This document shows positions 24,051-34,083 of a stretch of 64,000 nt of DNA, in pieces. Origin of the DNA: Eukaryota sp. TZLM1-RC. Lineage: Eukaryota; Protista; Metamonada: BaSk clade. The position numbers and the translations under genes are program-made. Below the pieces are notes generated by a model, which had not been told where the DNA came from, ran no database searches, and was given only the letters and a program-made list of their open reading frames with translations. The stretch's first letter is position 1, and every line of letters starts with the position of its first letter. The stretch covers positions 1,052,881 through 1,116,880 of the forward strand of contig JAUPSS010000010.1 of assembly GCA_040285825.1 (NCBI GenBank). The letters are read 5' to 3'.

Positions 24051-26230
24051 GACCAATTGCTATTGGAGAGTCATTAACCAGATTGCTTTCTTCACTTATT
24101 TTCAACAGAATTTCTACTAAAGCAAGGGACTATTTGAAGCCTTTCCAATTTGGTATAAAAACTGTTGAAGGTGCTTCTGTTGCTTCAATGACTTCAGATG
24201 TTTTTTTCAATAGTCAACAACATCAATATATTTTCAATTTGGATTTCAAAAATGCTTTCAATTCTGTGAAACGTGATTGTATTTTTGATGTGCTTCTTCA
24301 TGATTTTCCTGAACTTTCTGCATATTTTTATTTATTTTATGGAAAAAAATCAGACTTAATTTTTGACTCCTTTACCCTTGAATCTTCTTCTGGTGTGAAA
24401 CAAGGTGATCCTCTTGGCCCTTTGCTGTTTTGTTTGGCTATTCATAATATTATTAAAATGACACAACAAGATTTCCCTGATTTGCGTATTGTTGCCTATA
24501 TGGATGACATTTCTATTATTGGTTCTTTTGAAAGCATTTCTAGGGTTTCTGAAGACATTGCGGCGAAATACAAAGAAATTGGTTTAGCTTTGAACCCATC
24601 TAAATGTCTCTTGATTGGTAGAGAAAAACAATCTTTGATGATTGGTGGAGCTCAGATTCCTTTTATCAATTATGACCAACAAGCTTTTTAAGTTTCTTGG
24701 ATGTTGGCTTGGCAATTTGGATGAAATTTATTCCCAGTTAAACAATTTATTGGAGAAGTTTGACAAGGATCTTAGTTATATCGCTGAATGTGACATTGAG
24801 AAACACATCAAATTTTTTATTTTAAAAATTTGTTATTCTGGAAAATTCACTCATATTTTAAGGTCAACTCCCCTTCGGTATCTCTCAATTTTTGCAGATC
24901 TTTTAACAAACTTCGAGTCAAATTTTTTTCTTCTTTATTAGAAGTAAATGAATCTTTAATTCGAAGTCATGTATTTTGTTCAGCAGATTTGGGTGGAATT
25001 GGATTCACCAAATCTTCGATTCTGTGTAAATCAGCATTTTTGGGAGGTGGTAAAAATTTTGTTTTTGAATTTTTCCAAAGGTTCCCTTTTGATGTTCATC
25101 TGATCAATGGTGAATCAAATTTTTACTTGAATCAACTGCAATTTGAATTAGAAAATTTGCCTAGTGATATCTGGATTCAGTGTTTTCCTCAAAACGTTCA
25201 AGAAATTCCCACTCGATCACTTCCAAATTTACGTTTTTGCTTGAAAAAGCTTCAGCACCATCTGGTTAAATTATATGAAGGCTTGGATTATGAAGTAAGA
25301 CTTGGCTTGGCCAAAACTAAAAATCCCGCTTTCGGTAATTTTTTAAAGGATATTCGTGATAGTTCTGCTGCTGCTTTAGTAACTCAAGTTCCCTCTGTTT
25401 ATGGACTTTTGCTAAAAAGACAATGAATGGCTTTTAAACATGCGTTTTCGTTGTTTTCTGTGGCCAAACAATTTGCCCAATCATTTAACTTGTAAATGTG
25501 GTAAACCTCTTTTGTTTACTCATCTTTTGAACTGTAAACATTTCATTACGTATAGAAGCAAAGTGCATAATAACGTCAGGGACCAAATTTATGTAATGTG
25601 CAAATCATATCGTGTAGATTCCTTTTTAGAACCGCTGTTATCAAAATTAATTCTTGATGATCCCAATATTGATAGTACGCGTTACAACAGAGCTTCTATG
25701 GGTTTGACTAGAGGTGATCTAGTTGTTCCCGGTTTAAATGGTAGTTTTACTATTTTGGACGCCATGTCTATTGACCCTTGTAATTCCTCTAACGAACATT
25801 TCATTAACTCGGATGTAAATAATCCTCTTCTTGCAGGCGAAAAATATAAAATTGCTAAATATGCGAAACCCATTTCCTCGGTTAATGAAAATTCTCATGC
25901 CCAATATAATTTATGTCCATTTGTTTTTTCTTTGCTTGGATCTCTAGGTAAGGCTGCTATGGCTTTCCTTGAGGATTTTGTTGTAGTTGTAAAGGAAAGA
26001 ACTGGAAGAATTTTCAATCGTGTTTACTGGCAAAACAGGATTGTATTTTCTATTTTTAAGGGAATGGTAACACTAATTTCTGATTCACTATCTTCTTTTG
26101 GGAAATTTTCTGAATCTTTAGCGATTAATTGTTTTGATGTAGGGGAGGCAGGTTTTGAGGATGTGGAGTTTTAATTGTGTATTTCATATTTGTTGTTGAA
26201 TAAAAATTTGAATAGTATAAAACAAAAAAA
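24051..26230 (+). mobile_element. 5'-truncated CRE-like non-LTR retrotransposon (RT + CCHC + restriction-like endonuclease), three frameshifts
   Basis: IRPIAIGE, PFQFG, LDFKNAFNSV, GVKQGDPLGPLLF, YMDD, GGIG, CKCG..H..C, VHNNVRD, EP, RGDLVV, D, EKYKIAKY. A-rich tail; ATATCAAATAA at 24040-24050 and 26231-26241 is the likely TSD. Confidence 0.9.
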
Positions 26231-26640
26231 ATATCAAATAAAAATCATACTTTATAGCAAAATGTTGAAACGTAAAAACTAAAATCTACTCACCTCACTA
26301 TAACTAACTATCAACCATTATGTGTTGTTTTTTATACCATGACCTTAAACATAACAAACATCTTGCAGTAGCTTCGTTCAAACGAGGATCTTGAATCGTC
26401 GAGGTTCTTGAATTTGTTCTACGTCAACAACAGGAATATTGGACATTGCTAACAGAATAGATAAGATTTACAAAAGAAAAAACGGTGTCATTATTACAGG
26501 TCTAGAATGTACAATCTTTTGATGATCTTTTGATTGATGTTTGATACAAGTTGTTGGTTTATTAAGAATCAACAACGCAGTTTTGACATGTTTTTGAAAA
26601 ATAGGAGAGGAAGAGGTTTTATGCCGCAAGTTGACGAATG

Positions 26641-26730
26641 TGAGTCGACTTGACTCATTTGAATAATAAGTGAATCGACTTGACTCATTTGAATAATAAG
26701 TGACTCGACTTGACTCATTTGAATAATAAG
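26641..26730 (+). repeat. 3 x 30-bp tandem repeat in the hAT subterminal region
   Basis: TGAnTCGACTTGACTCATTTGAATAATAAG three times, with no spacers. Confidence 0.9.
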
Positions 26731-26894
26731 TGACTCAACTCGACTCATGAGTCAAACGAGTCGAGTCGAGTCAACTCGAAACTCAATGAGTTGACTCAAC
26801 TCAAATCGAAATCCTACAAGTGTCGAATTGATCACCTTGATTCATTTCATCTTCATATTCCATAATCTATTTGACGTTTTTGTTCTATTAGCTG

Positions 26895-27836
26895 ATGTCC
26901 TTCACTGTGCCCAAAGCTAGCCCTACTTTTGCCCAATCGTCTGACGAAGAAGTTGATGTCCAAATTATTGAAGTGGATGAAGATACCTCCAACACATCAT
27001 CTCTTTCTCTTACAGACCAAATCGAAAATTATCTCAAACAATCCAACACCACCAAGGAATCTCTTCTGCTCAAAAAAGCCCTAAACCAACTACATACCTT
27101 TAAAAAACATTCAAACCTTCTCCAAGAAGAGAACGAGTCCCTCAAGCAACAACTCATTGATTCCCAGACCAAGTCTATGGAGATGGAGGAGTATGTACTA
27201 GAAACACAAGCTGAGTCAGAGAAGCAACTTGAACATCTGGATTTCGTCACTAGTGAATCGCTCACTCAGAAAACAGAGATTGCTTCACTTAAAAACCTTT
27301 ATCAGCAACTCAACAACGATATTGATCAAATGAGAGCAGAAGTTAGTGCTTTAATCAATGACAAACTCCAATCCTTACCAGATTGCAAGAAACTCTTTTC
27401 CCATTTTGGTGAGGTCAGGAGGCTCGTGCTCAGCAAAGTAACCAATTTGCAGGCAAAAGTCGAACAACTGGTACCTCTAAATCAACCCAAAATTCCTAAT
27501 GATTCAATTAACCAGGAAGTGGTGGAAGTTTTGTCAAGAATTAATGAACTGGATGGGGAAGATGGGAGAAATTCGGAACACAATCTAGTTACCCAGAATG
27601 ATGCAAAAGATCATCATGTTTTTGGTTTATTTATGTCTTGTTTTAATTCTATTGATTGGATATCAAGGCCTCCTTTTGAGTTTGTAGGAGATTCTGGAGT
27701 TCGGTTTGGCAATAATGAGGTGTCTTTTTCTGTGGATTTAGTTTTAGTTAATGGTGCTTTGGTGGTTGAAGATCGTTCATTGGTGGAGTGGTTGACAAAA
27801 ACTTTTGGGTTCTTAGTTAATGATGGAATGAGTTGA
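26895..27836 (+). CDS. Coiled-coil protein; C-terminus weakly GAS2/GAR-like
   Basis: 313-aa ORF with central heptads. The C-terminal VRFG..VLVNGALVV..LVEWL resemblance is weak. Confidence 0.65.
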   Translation: MSFTVPKASPTFAQSSDEEVDVQIIEVDEDTSNTSSLSLTDQIENYLKQSNTTKESLLLKKALNQLHTFKKHSNLLQEENESLKQQLIDSQTKSMEMEEYVLETQAESEKQLEHLDFVTSESLTQKTEIASLKNLYQQLNNDIDQMRAEVSALINDKLQSLPDCKKLFSHFGEVRRLVLSKVTNLQAKVEQLVPLNQPKIPNDSINQEVVEVLSRINELDGEDGRNSEHNLVTQNDAKDHHVFGLFMSCFNSIDWISRPPFEFVGDSGVRFGNNEVSFSVDLVLVNGALVVEDRSLVEWLTKTFGFLVNDGMS

Positions 27837-28883
27837 GTTGGTTATCAGAAGTTATTAATGGAATTGTGTATTTTAATTTATTTGTATTTTTATTCTCTGT
27901 TTGTTTATTGGAATAAAAAATTTGTTTTTTTGTTGTCTAAATTTTATGCTTTAATTTTTGTACCAAAAATAAAACAAATGTTTTGTAAAAAGATAACGGC
28001 TTTCAATTTTCTCGAAAAAAATTAAATAAAAATTAATAATAACAAATACTGAACTTGCCACACTTTTAATCCACCGCCCTTGGTGTGTATCTATCAATCT
28101 ACTCCATCAGGTTAACGTTATACAAGATTTTATAGATTTTATAGCAGAAAGGATGCAGTATGCGCATTTGAGTACTTGAAATGATATTTTCTTGCAGGAA
28201 ATTTGCATTTAATATTCAATTGGTTCAATGATAGTCGTCCCATTAGTTATGAGTTAATTTAATTAAGTGTGCAAATTCAATAGATATAAAAGTTTGTTGT
28301 AATTTTTAAAAATAAAATAATCGTATTTCAACTTGATCTTTAATACTAGTGTCTTCAGTTTCTTGAATTAAGACCAATTCAAAACCGGTTGAATTCAATT
28401 CAATTGGCGGTTCCAACACATTTGTCATTGAAAAGATCAATTTCGTGTTACCCAAAAAGGGAGGAAAGATGAAGATCAGATTTAGGTTGTAAGTTTTGTC
28501 TACATTATGGAAAAAGCTAACAAAGAATTTTTCCGCCCTGCAAAATCAACACAAATTAACTATAGTTTATGGAAATATAAAATATATAAATATAGAACTG
28601 ATAGGTTAAAGTCAACCAGAAAACTCTTCATAAATTTGAGTCAGTAAAGTGATGACCAACGGACTGTCTATTCTACCATAAAACTCCAGAAAGGTCTTTT
28701 AAGAAGTTGTTTGAAAGTTTGGCATTTCTTTCAAATAGGTGACAATTAATTCCACATGCATTGAACCAGCCATGGTTGGCATCATTAATAATGAAGCAAC
28801 ATTGATTCAGTATAGTTGAATCAATCAAATCAAATTACAAGGTTCAGTTCGAAGTCACCCCCTCCTTGCTTTGACGATAGCTG

Positions 28884-29750
28884 ATGTCTGCTCCGAATCT
28901 TGATCTTTCAGACCTGATCATCAGTAATCTTTCATCAAAACCAACCGTTAAACCTAAGCCATGCCCTCCAAACCTTCCAACGAAATATGTTCCTCCTGAA
29001 GTCACTGATCCTTCTGAAACACCCTCTAAAGATGAACATTTATCAGACTTTATTCCTGAACCAGAACAACCACCACTTCCACAACCGAAACCACACCGCC
29101 AAGATCCTATCCCAGAACCTCACAGTCCACAGCCCGTTGAACCCACTATAACCACTGAACAATCCATTTCTCCACTCCCAGAAGAAGAAGAAGTTCCACC
29201 CCCTAAGAAGGAGCACAAATCACTTAGACACATTTTTGACGTGTCCCGTGACGTGGAATCTGCAGTTCCCTACCATTTGGATGGAGATCCTTCCATGGAG
29301 AAGCCTGTGAATAGAAGGAAAAGATTAGCGCTCAGAACTAACAGTGAGGTGTTGTCTGCCATTCATTCTTTCAAAAAGGTTTTTAAGTTTAATGATGACA
29401 ACTCTATAGATAGGAATGAATACTCGAGAATCCATGCAAGAATTTGTCAATCTCTATACCCAAGTGTAACAAACGCCATGATTAGAAAATTATGCGAAGA
29501 TGATTGGAAACGTGATTCTAAGGGTCGTGATTGCTTGACCAGTGAAGACCTGGACGATGTTTTGTTTCAATTGGTAGATCACTGGACAATGACAGTCGAT
29601 AGTTCGGAATATATCGAATTTTTAAAAATTTTGACGGAGCGCGTGCGATTTGAGGGCAGTAATAACATCAATGCTTATAGTGAGGTACTACCTGAATACA
29701 AACCAAAAAGTGTCAAGAAAGAAAAAAGTAAGAAAAAGAGGAAAAAGTAG
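28884..29750 (+). CDS. Pro-rich protein with EF-hand-like region and basic C-terminal tail
   Basis: 288 aa; EF-like loops NDDNSIDRNEY and DSKGRDCLTSEDL; KKEKSKKKRKK tail. Confidence 0.7.
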   Translation: MSAPNLDLSDLIISNLSSKPTVKPKPCPPNLPTKYVPPEVTDPSETPSKDEHLSDFIPEPEQPPLPQPKPHRQDPIPEPHSPQPVEPTITTEQSISPLPEEEEVPPPKKEHKSLRHIFDVSRDVESAVPYHLDGDPSMEKPVNRRKRLALRTNSEVLSAIHSFKKVFKFNDDNSIDRNEYSRIHARICQSLYPSVTNAMIRKLCEDDWKRDSKGRDCLTSEDLDDVLFQLVDHWTMTVDSSEYIEFLKILTERVRFEGSNNINAYSEVLPEYKPKSVKKEKSKKKRKK

Positions 29751-29984
29751 TGAACAGTAGTGCAATTGTATTATATTTTTTTGATTCAATAAATGCCTTT
29801 ATTTATTGGTTATTATTGAGCTTTTTATTACTTAAATATTATATCAATGGAAAGTGATCATTGAATTAAGGATAAGTATTTTGAAATTATTTGAAGCAAG
29901 ATCTATTTTTTTCTCCAACGGGTCACATGTTGAAATAATAAATACGTTATCATTTAGGCCTGAAAATCTTGATTAAAACTAAGT
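29643..29984 (+). repeat. Left copy of ~345-bp direct repeat flanking the LanM cassette (3' end plus 3' flank of the EF-hand gene)
   Basis: Aligns with 34084-34429; 11 differences in the first 108 nt by manual count. Confidence 0.85.
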
Positions 29985-30319
29985 TCATCTTGTTTATCAT
30001 CAACTGCTGTAGATAATTTGAATCATTGTCAGGTCTTGGAATAGATTACCAAAACAATTGTTGTTTCAATCAATTCATGTTATTAATTGAGACATGAAAC
30101 AATATGCAAAATTTAGCCATCATAAAGCATTTATTTTTTGAAAGAAATGTCATGATCCAAAAATTTGTTTTCAAGAACAAAATTCCAAAACAAAGATGAA
30201 ACAAATTTTCAAATTTACTGAATCTGATAATCATTTGACATCACTGAACTTGTTAAAAAAAAGGGAAACATCAACAACGAAAAAAATAAATCTAAATAAA
30301 TGCATGTTGATCACGGATT

Positions 30320-33097
30320 CTAGTTAAACAATAAGACACACGGTATATCATCTGAAAACATATATCTAAACAATAAGTAAGAAATTCCAGCACATCCACG
30401 AAACAACGAATGTCTTGGTCGAAGGGCCAATGATGACGCGTTTTGTTTTGATAGACGATGTCGCACGAGTTGTTCGACTACTTTGGGAGGTGTCGTTTTC
30501 AATTCAATACAAACGTCCAAGCATCCAGTAGATCCACAACACAGAGTAAGGTCTGACTTGATATCAGAAATCTGTTTAGCAGCAGTGATTACAGATTGTA
30601 GTGCACCATGAGGCATATCGATGTCAAAACAAGATCGCCACAATGTTATTCCTGCAGCACCGTGGCACCATGCACATAGATTGGAGGTAGCAATTTTGCG
30701 AAGGTCCTTCCAATTACTCTCTTCTGCTACATACAAACTGTCCTCATATTTGACAGCAAGATTAAGGTGGTCAGTAAATTCATCACTTTCAAGTATCTTC
30801 ATACATTTGCAAAGTGCATAGCAACATCCAGAAACACCATGAGAAAAGCCTCCTAGGGGAGCGACGCTTTCATCTGGCATTGTGTCCCAAGCTGCTCCAC
30901 GATCCTGTGGAATCAAACCGGAAGCCAGTCTACGAGCTCCAACAAGGATTCGAAGACGAAGTTCTTCACGTTTCTGTAAGGATATATTGGGAAAATACTT
31001 GAGAACTGCAGCAACACAGCATAAATAACCCGCAAGTCCTCCAATTATATCAAAGGTAGTATCGTTGGACAAAACATCCAATGGAACAGCAAATAAAATA
31101 TTGACCGCATTTACTAGAAAGTCTTCCTGTTGAAGAGCATAGCCAGCCACTGTTAATGCATAGGCAACACCAGAAATTCCATTAGCCACAGAGATACCGA
31201 GATTAGTGGAAGGTTGACTGATAAGTTGTGAAGCAAGTGAATGGGTAATTTCCTTGCAGTATTGATCTTTAGTGGCGATATAGGCACAAGAAAACAGAAA
31301 AACAACACCAGCAAGGCCATTATATAGACCAATATCAAAATTACTTTCAGTTTGTGCATTAGTGAGAAGACTTGAAAGTGCTGTATGAGCCAATTCCAGC
31401 GCACACTCCAAGATGGCATGTGGACCTACAGTATTCAACTCGACACTAGGATCAACAGTGATCATCTGGTAAAGTTGATCTGTAGCAGGTTTAGATGACA
31501 AGACTATCGCCAAATGACGGTACTTCTGGCACAATAATTCACTACAACAGCCTGGTAATGTATCAGTTGGAAAGGAAGAGCCACTACCATCCAGAAAACA
31601 ATTGTTTGTTCGGTCGTGGAAAAACAAGGGGACATTTCCAGACAACAACGCAGAGAGTTCGCACTCAAGGACCTCATTTGGTGTTTGAAACCCATGCATA
31701 TCGCTAAGTCGCCTAGTGATGAACAAAGCAGTGGATTGGCTTGTTGAAATTGTAATGTCTCCAGCAAGAATGCGCTTCAAAATTAAGGTATAGACACTTG
31801 TGTCCCTAAGTATAACTCGGGTAACTGAGGGAAACGGAATCTCCCCAAAGGAGTGACCTAGTGATTGTAAATGTTTCCAGCACTCAACATATCCCTGCTT
31901 CACTATATGAGCATGGTCATGTAGAAGTAAAGGAGCTCCGTGTACTGAGAAAGGCAAAGAAGACTGATACTCATCCGTTTCAGCATGAAAGAATTGAATA
32001 TTGGTCGTTCTATCATTAACTACAGTATAATGTGGGGTAAAAACACGAGAAGCAGAGAACTGTTGAAATGCAGCTATCCAAGAATAGCTTTCAGTTTCAT
32101 ACAAATCAGGTATATTTTGTATCAAATAAGTAGAAGCAAGACTGGCTTGCTGAAATTTTGCTACATTCAAAGTCATTTGAGGAAAAAAGGGATCTAATAC
32201 AGTCTCAAGGTCCACAACGACAGGAGAAGTACTAGTTGCAATCAAATTTTCAGAATGAAGATCGGTTATTTGAAGAAGCTGGGCAATGGCCATTATGCTT
32301 CCACAGCGCAGGAAATACAATTTCTCATCACCATCATTATTACAACACGATTTGTGTATAAATTCATTCCATGAATAGTCGTTCTTATCTGATTTGGGGC
32401 TGGTGCTATATTCAGGAGAGGGTGTCAGGGACTTCATGACACGAAACTGCAAATGATTGGGCAAACAAAGGGCTTGGGTAAAGTTCTCAAAAAACTTGGT
32501 ACATTGACCACCAAAAGGCTTGTAAACAATGTGTTTGATGACACCAGAATGATTCGAAATTTTCAAAAGCACTGATTGTTGGCCTCCTACATGACGGTCC
32601 GACTGCAGAACTTGTAGATCGTGTAGTTTCGTACAACTATCCACACCACACCAACGGCATATTTCTGAATGATCTTTGGAAAATCGAGTTAGACACTGAC
32701 AAATATTGCACGCATACTGGTCCGCAGTTAGCTCTAACAAGGAAACAATAAAGGAATGGTGGCGAGGAAAGTCACGCACCATGTTGTAATATCCACCAGA
32801 AGGTGATAAGAAGTACTTTTGATAAGAATTGATGGTCTCTTCGTTGTTGACGTCTTCTTGAGTTGAAGAGAAATATTGACTAATGACAGGAACAACAATA
32901 TCATCCAACGACAACGATAGATCATTAACAACACCTGCCAGAAGTTGGCAAATCGGGACTTTCACTTTTTGACTTATAGAAACAGCTGTTTTACACATCT
33001 TTTGACACGAAGCTTCTAAGAACTTTCTGAACAACAAAGCACGAAGGTTGTCCCTAAAGTGGATGGATGACATAATTATTTGAGTGATGGATTCCAT
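30320..33097 (-). CDS. lanM: Class II lanthipeptide synthetase LanM (dehydratase + LanC-type cyclase, CCG type)
   Basis: Dehydratase motifs SDRHVGG, IVYKP, WNEFI, TDLHSENLIA, VVDLET, RVILRDTSVY, NVPLF. Cyclase motifs GLYNGLAG, DIIGGLAG, GFSHGVSG, NWKDLR, AWCHGAAG, LCCGSTG, LFRGCAG. Uninterrupted 925 aa. Confidence 0.92.
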   Translation of the reverse strand: MESITQIIMSSIHFRDNLRALLFRKFLEASCQKMCKTAVSISQKVKVPICQLLAGVVNDLSLSLDDIVVPVISQYFSSTQEDVNNEETINSYQKYFLSPSGGYYNMVRDFPRHHSFIVSLLELTADQYACNICQCLTRFSKDHSEICRWCGVDSCTKLHDLQVLQSDRHVGGQQSVLLKISNHSGVIKHIVYKPFGGQCTKFFENFTQALCLPNHLQFRVMKSLTPSPEYSTSPKSDKNDYSWNEFIHKSCCNNDGDEKLYFLRCGSIMAIAQLLQITDLHSENLIATSTSPVVVDLETVLDPFFPQMTLNVAKFQQASLASTYLIQNIPDLYETESYSWIAAFQQFSASRVFTPHYTVVNDRTTNIQFFHAETDEYQSSLPFSVHGAPLLLHDHAHIVKQGYVECWKHLQSLGHSFGEIPFPSVTRVILRDTSVYTLILKRILAGDITISTSQSTALFITRRLSDMHGFQTPNEVLECELSALLSGNVPLFFHDRTNNCFLDGSGSSFPTDTLPGCCSELLCQKYRHLAIVLSSKPATDQLYQMITVDPSVELNTVGPHAILECALELAHTALSSLLTNAQTESNFDIGLYNGLAGVVFLFSCAYIATKDQYCKEITHSLASQLISQPSTNLGISVANGISGVAYALTVAGYALQQEDFLVNAVNILFAVPLDVLSNDTTFDIIGGLAGYLCCVAAVLKYFPNISLQKREELRLRILVGARRLASGLIPQDRGAAWDTMPDESVAPLGGFSHGVSGCCYALCKCMKILESDEFTDHLNLAVKYEDSLYVAEESNWKDLRKIATSNLCAWCHGAAGITLWRSCFDIDMPHGALQSVITAAKQISDIKSDLTLCCGSTGCLDVCIELKTTPPKVVEQLVRHRLSKQNASSLALRPRHSLFRGCAGISYLLFRYMFSDDIPCVLLFN

Positions 33098-33151
33098 GGA
33101 GGGTGATGAACTTAAACTTTAAATATTTTGATCTCTGATTTAGCCACTTTC
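33098..33151. promoter_or_regulatory. Putative bidirectional promoter between lanM and the small ORF
   Basis: 54-bp head-to-head spacer with an AT-rich core (CTTAAACTTTAAATATTTT). Both ATGs are preceded by the pyrimidine-rich context seen before host ATGs in this window. Confidence 0.45.
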
Positions 33152-33391
33152 ATGATTTCAGTGCCCTTCTCTGACCTCGAACTTGAGTTGTCCCGCATTC
33201 TGTTGCGCCGTCGTTCGTTGTTGCGTCCTTGTACTCAAACAGGTGGTGTATGTGCCTCAGGTCATGTCTCATGCGGTCATTGCCCAAGCTCGAAAAAAGG
33301 TTGTAAAAGAATTCCCTCCGAGGATGGTTTCTCTATCACTGATGACCATTCTGTAAATCAACTTGTCCAAGCTCTAGGGCACCCCTTCTAG
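33152..33391 (+). CDS. Candidate lanthipeptide precursor (LanA-like), 79 aa
   Basis: MISVPFSDLELELSRILL-RRR-SLLRPCTQTGGVCASGHVSCGHCPSSKKGC-KR-IPSEDGFSITDDHSVNQLVQALGHPF. All 5 Cys and 7 Ser/Thr lie in residues 22-51; divergent from lanM. Confidence 0.6.
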   Translation: MISVPFSDLELELSRILLRRRSLLRPCTQTGGVCASGHVSCGHCPSSKKGCKRIPSEDGFSITDDHSVNQLVQALGHPF

Positions 33392-34083
33392 GTTGTGTTG
33401 TTGCTCATGTATAAAGTCATTTCTTCAAAGTCTGTTTTATTGTCTTTCAACAACACGTTGAACGACATACATTCACTTTTATATTCAGTTGTCTTGGACG
33501 ATTCTTCAACATACCGTTGATGTACTGTCTCCGTTTACAGTAATTTTGCAAAATTGAAACAGCTTTTCTGAAAGAACAAGCATGATTTCAGATTTGCAAC
33601 TCATACGAATGGATTAAGCATACTCAGTGTACTTCCCTTCCCTTGTGTTGTTTCTACTGCAATCATCAGACAGACTTAACGACTTTATAGAAACGCTGGA
33701 TGTGTCAACTATGGGTCTACTGTATAATATTAGGACACACGTCTCTTGTAAGTCCGACATGTGTCTCAAGCTTCTCTTTATAATCTATTGATTGAAGATA
33801 AGCTATAGCTGTTGTTTGTAAATCAGATTCTTTGGAGGTTCTATTGTTGCTTATTAATTTCTAGTCCTCATCAGCTGACTGACAGTCATGTCCTCAGTTA
33901 GTCACAGGTAACTACAAAAGCAAACGCCAGAATCTTCAAAAAGCTTTTAGAAGAATCAAATATGACCTAGACCTTACCATTCGACAGTTCTGTCATCACA
34001 TGTTTTCTGCACTTTGTATCAAACGTATGCATGAAAATAACAATCCATTTACAAAGAAGAATAAGATAATTTATAATAAGCAT

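Larger units (their letters stand above)
23810..26816 (-). mobile_element. hAT-superfamily DNA transposon, internally deleted, with a nested CRE-like insertion
   Basis: Perfect 26-bp TIRs TAGGATTTCGATTTGAGTTGAGTCAA (23810-23835 / 26791-26816); 8-bp TSD CAAGTGTC (23802-23809 / 26817-26824); subterminal GACTC arrays. Minus strand ~26304-26446 reads MSNIPVVDVEQIQEP joined to RLNEATARCLLCLRSWY (tail of the hAT dimerisation domain). Confidence 0.9.

Noticed and set aside
26641-26730. CRISPR-like 30-bp repeats
   Set aside because: Directly tandem with no spacers or cas genes; they are hAT subterminal repeats.
33098-33140. Shine-Dalgarno-like GGAGGGTG suggesting a bacterial contig
   Set aside because: It precedes only a 10-codon ORF and is the complement of the C-rich leader of lanM; there is no operon structure.
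33400-34083. Further precursor or accessory genes inside the lanM cassette
   Set aside because: Only short frames without a leader/core pattern were seen in the parts I translated; not exhaustively excluded.
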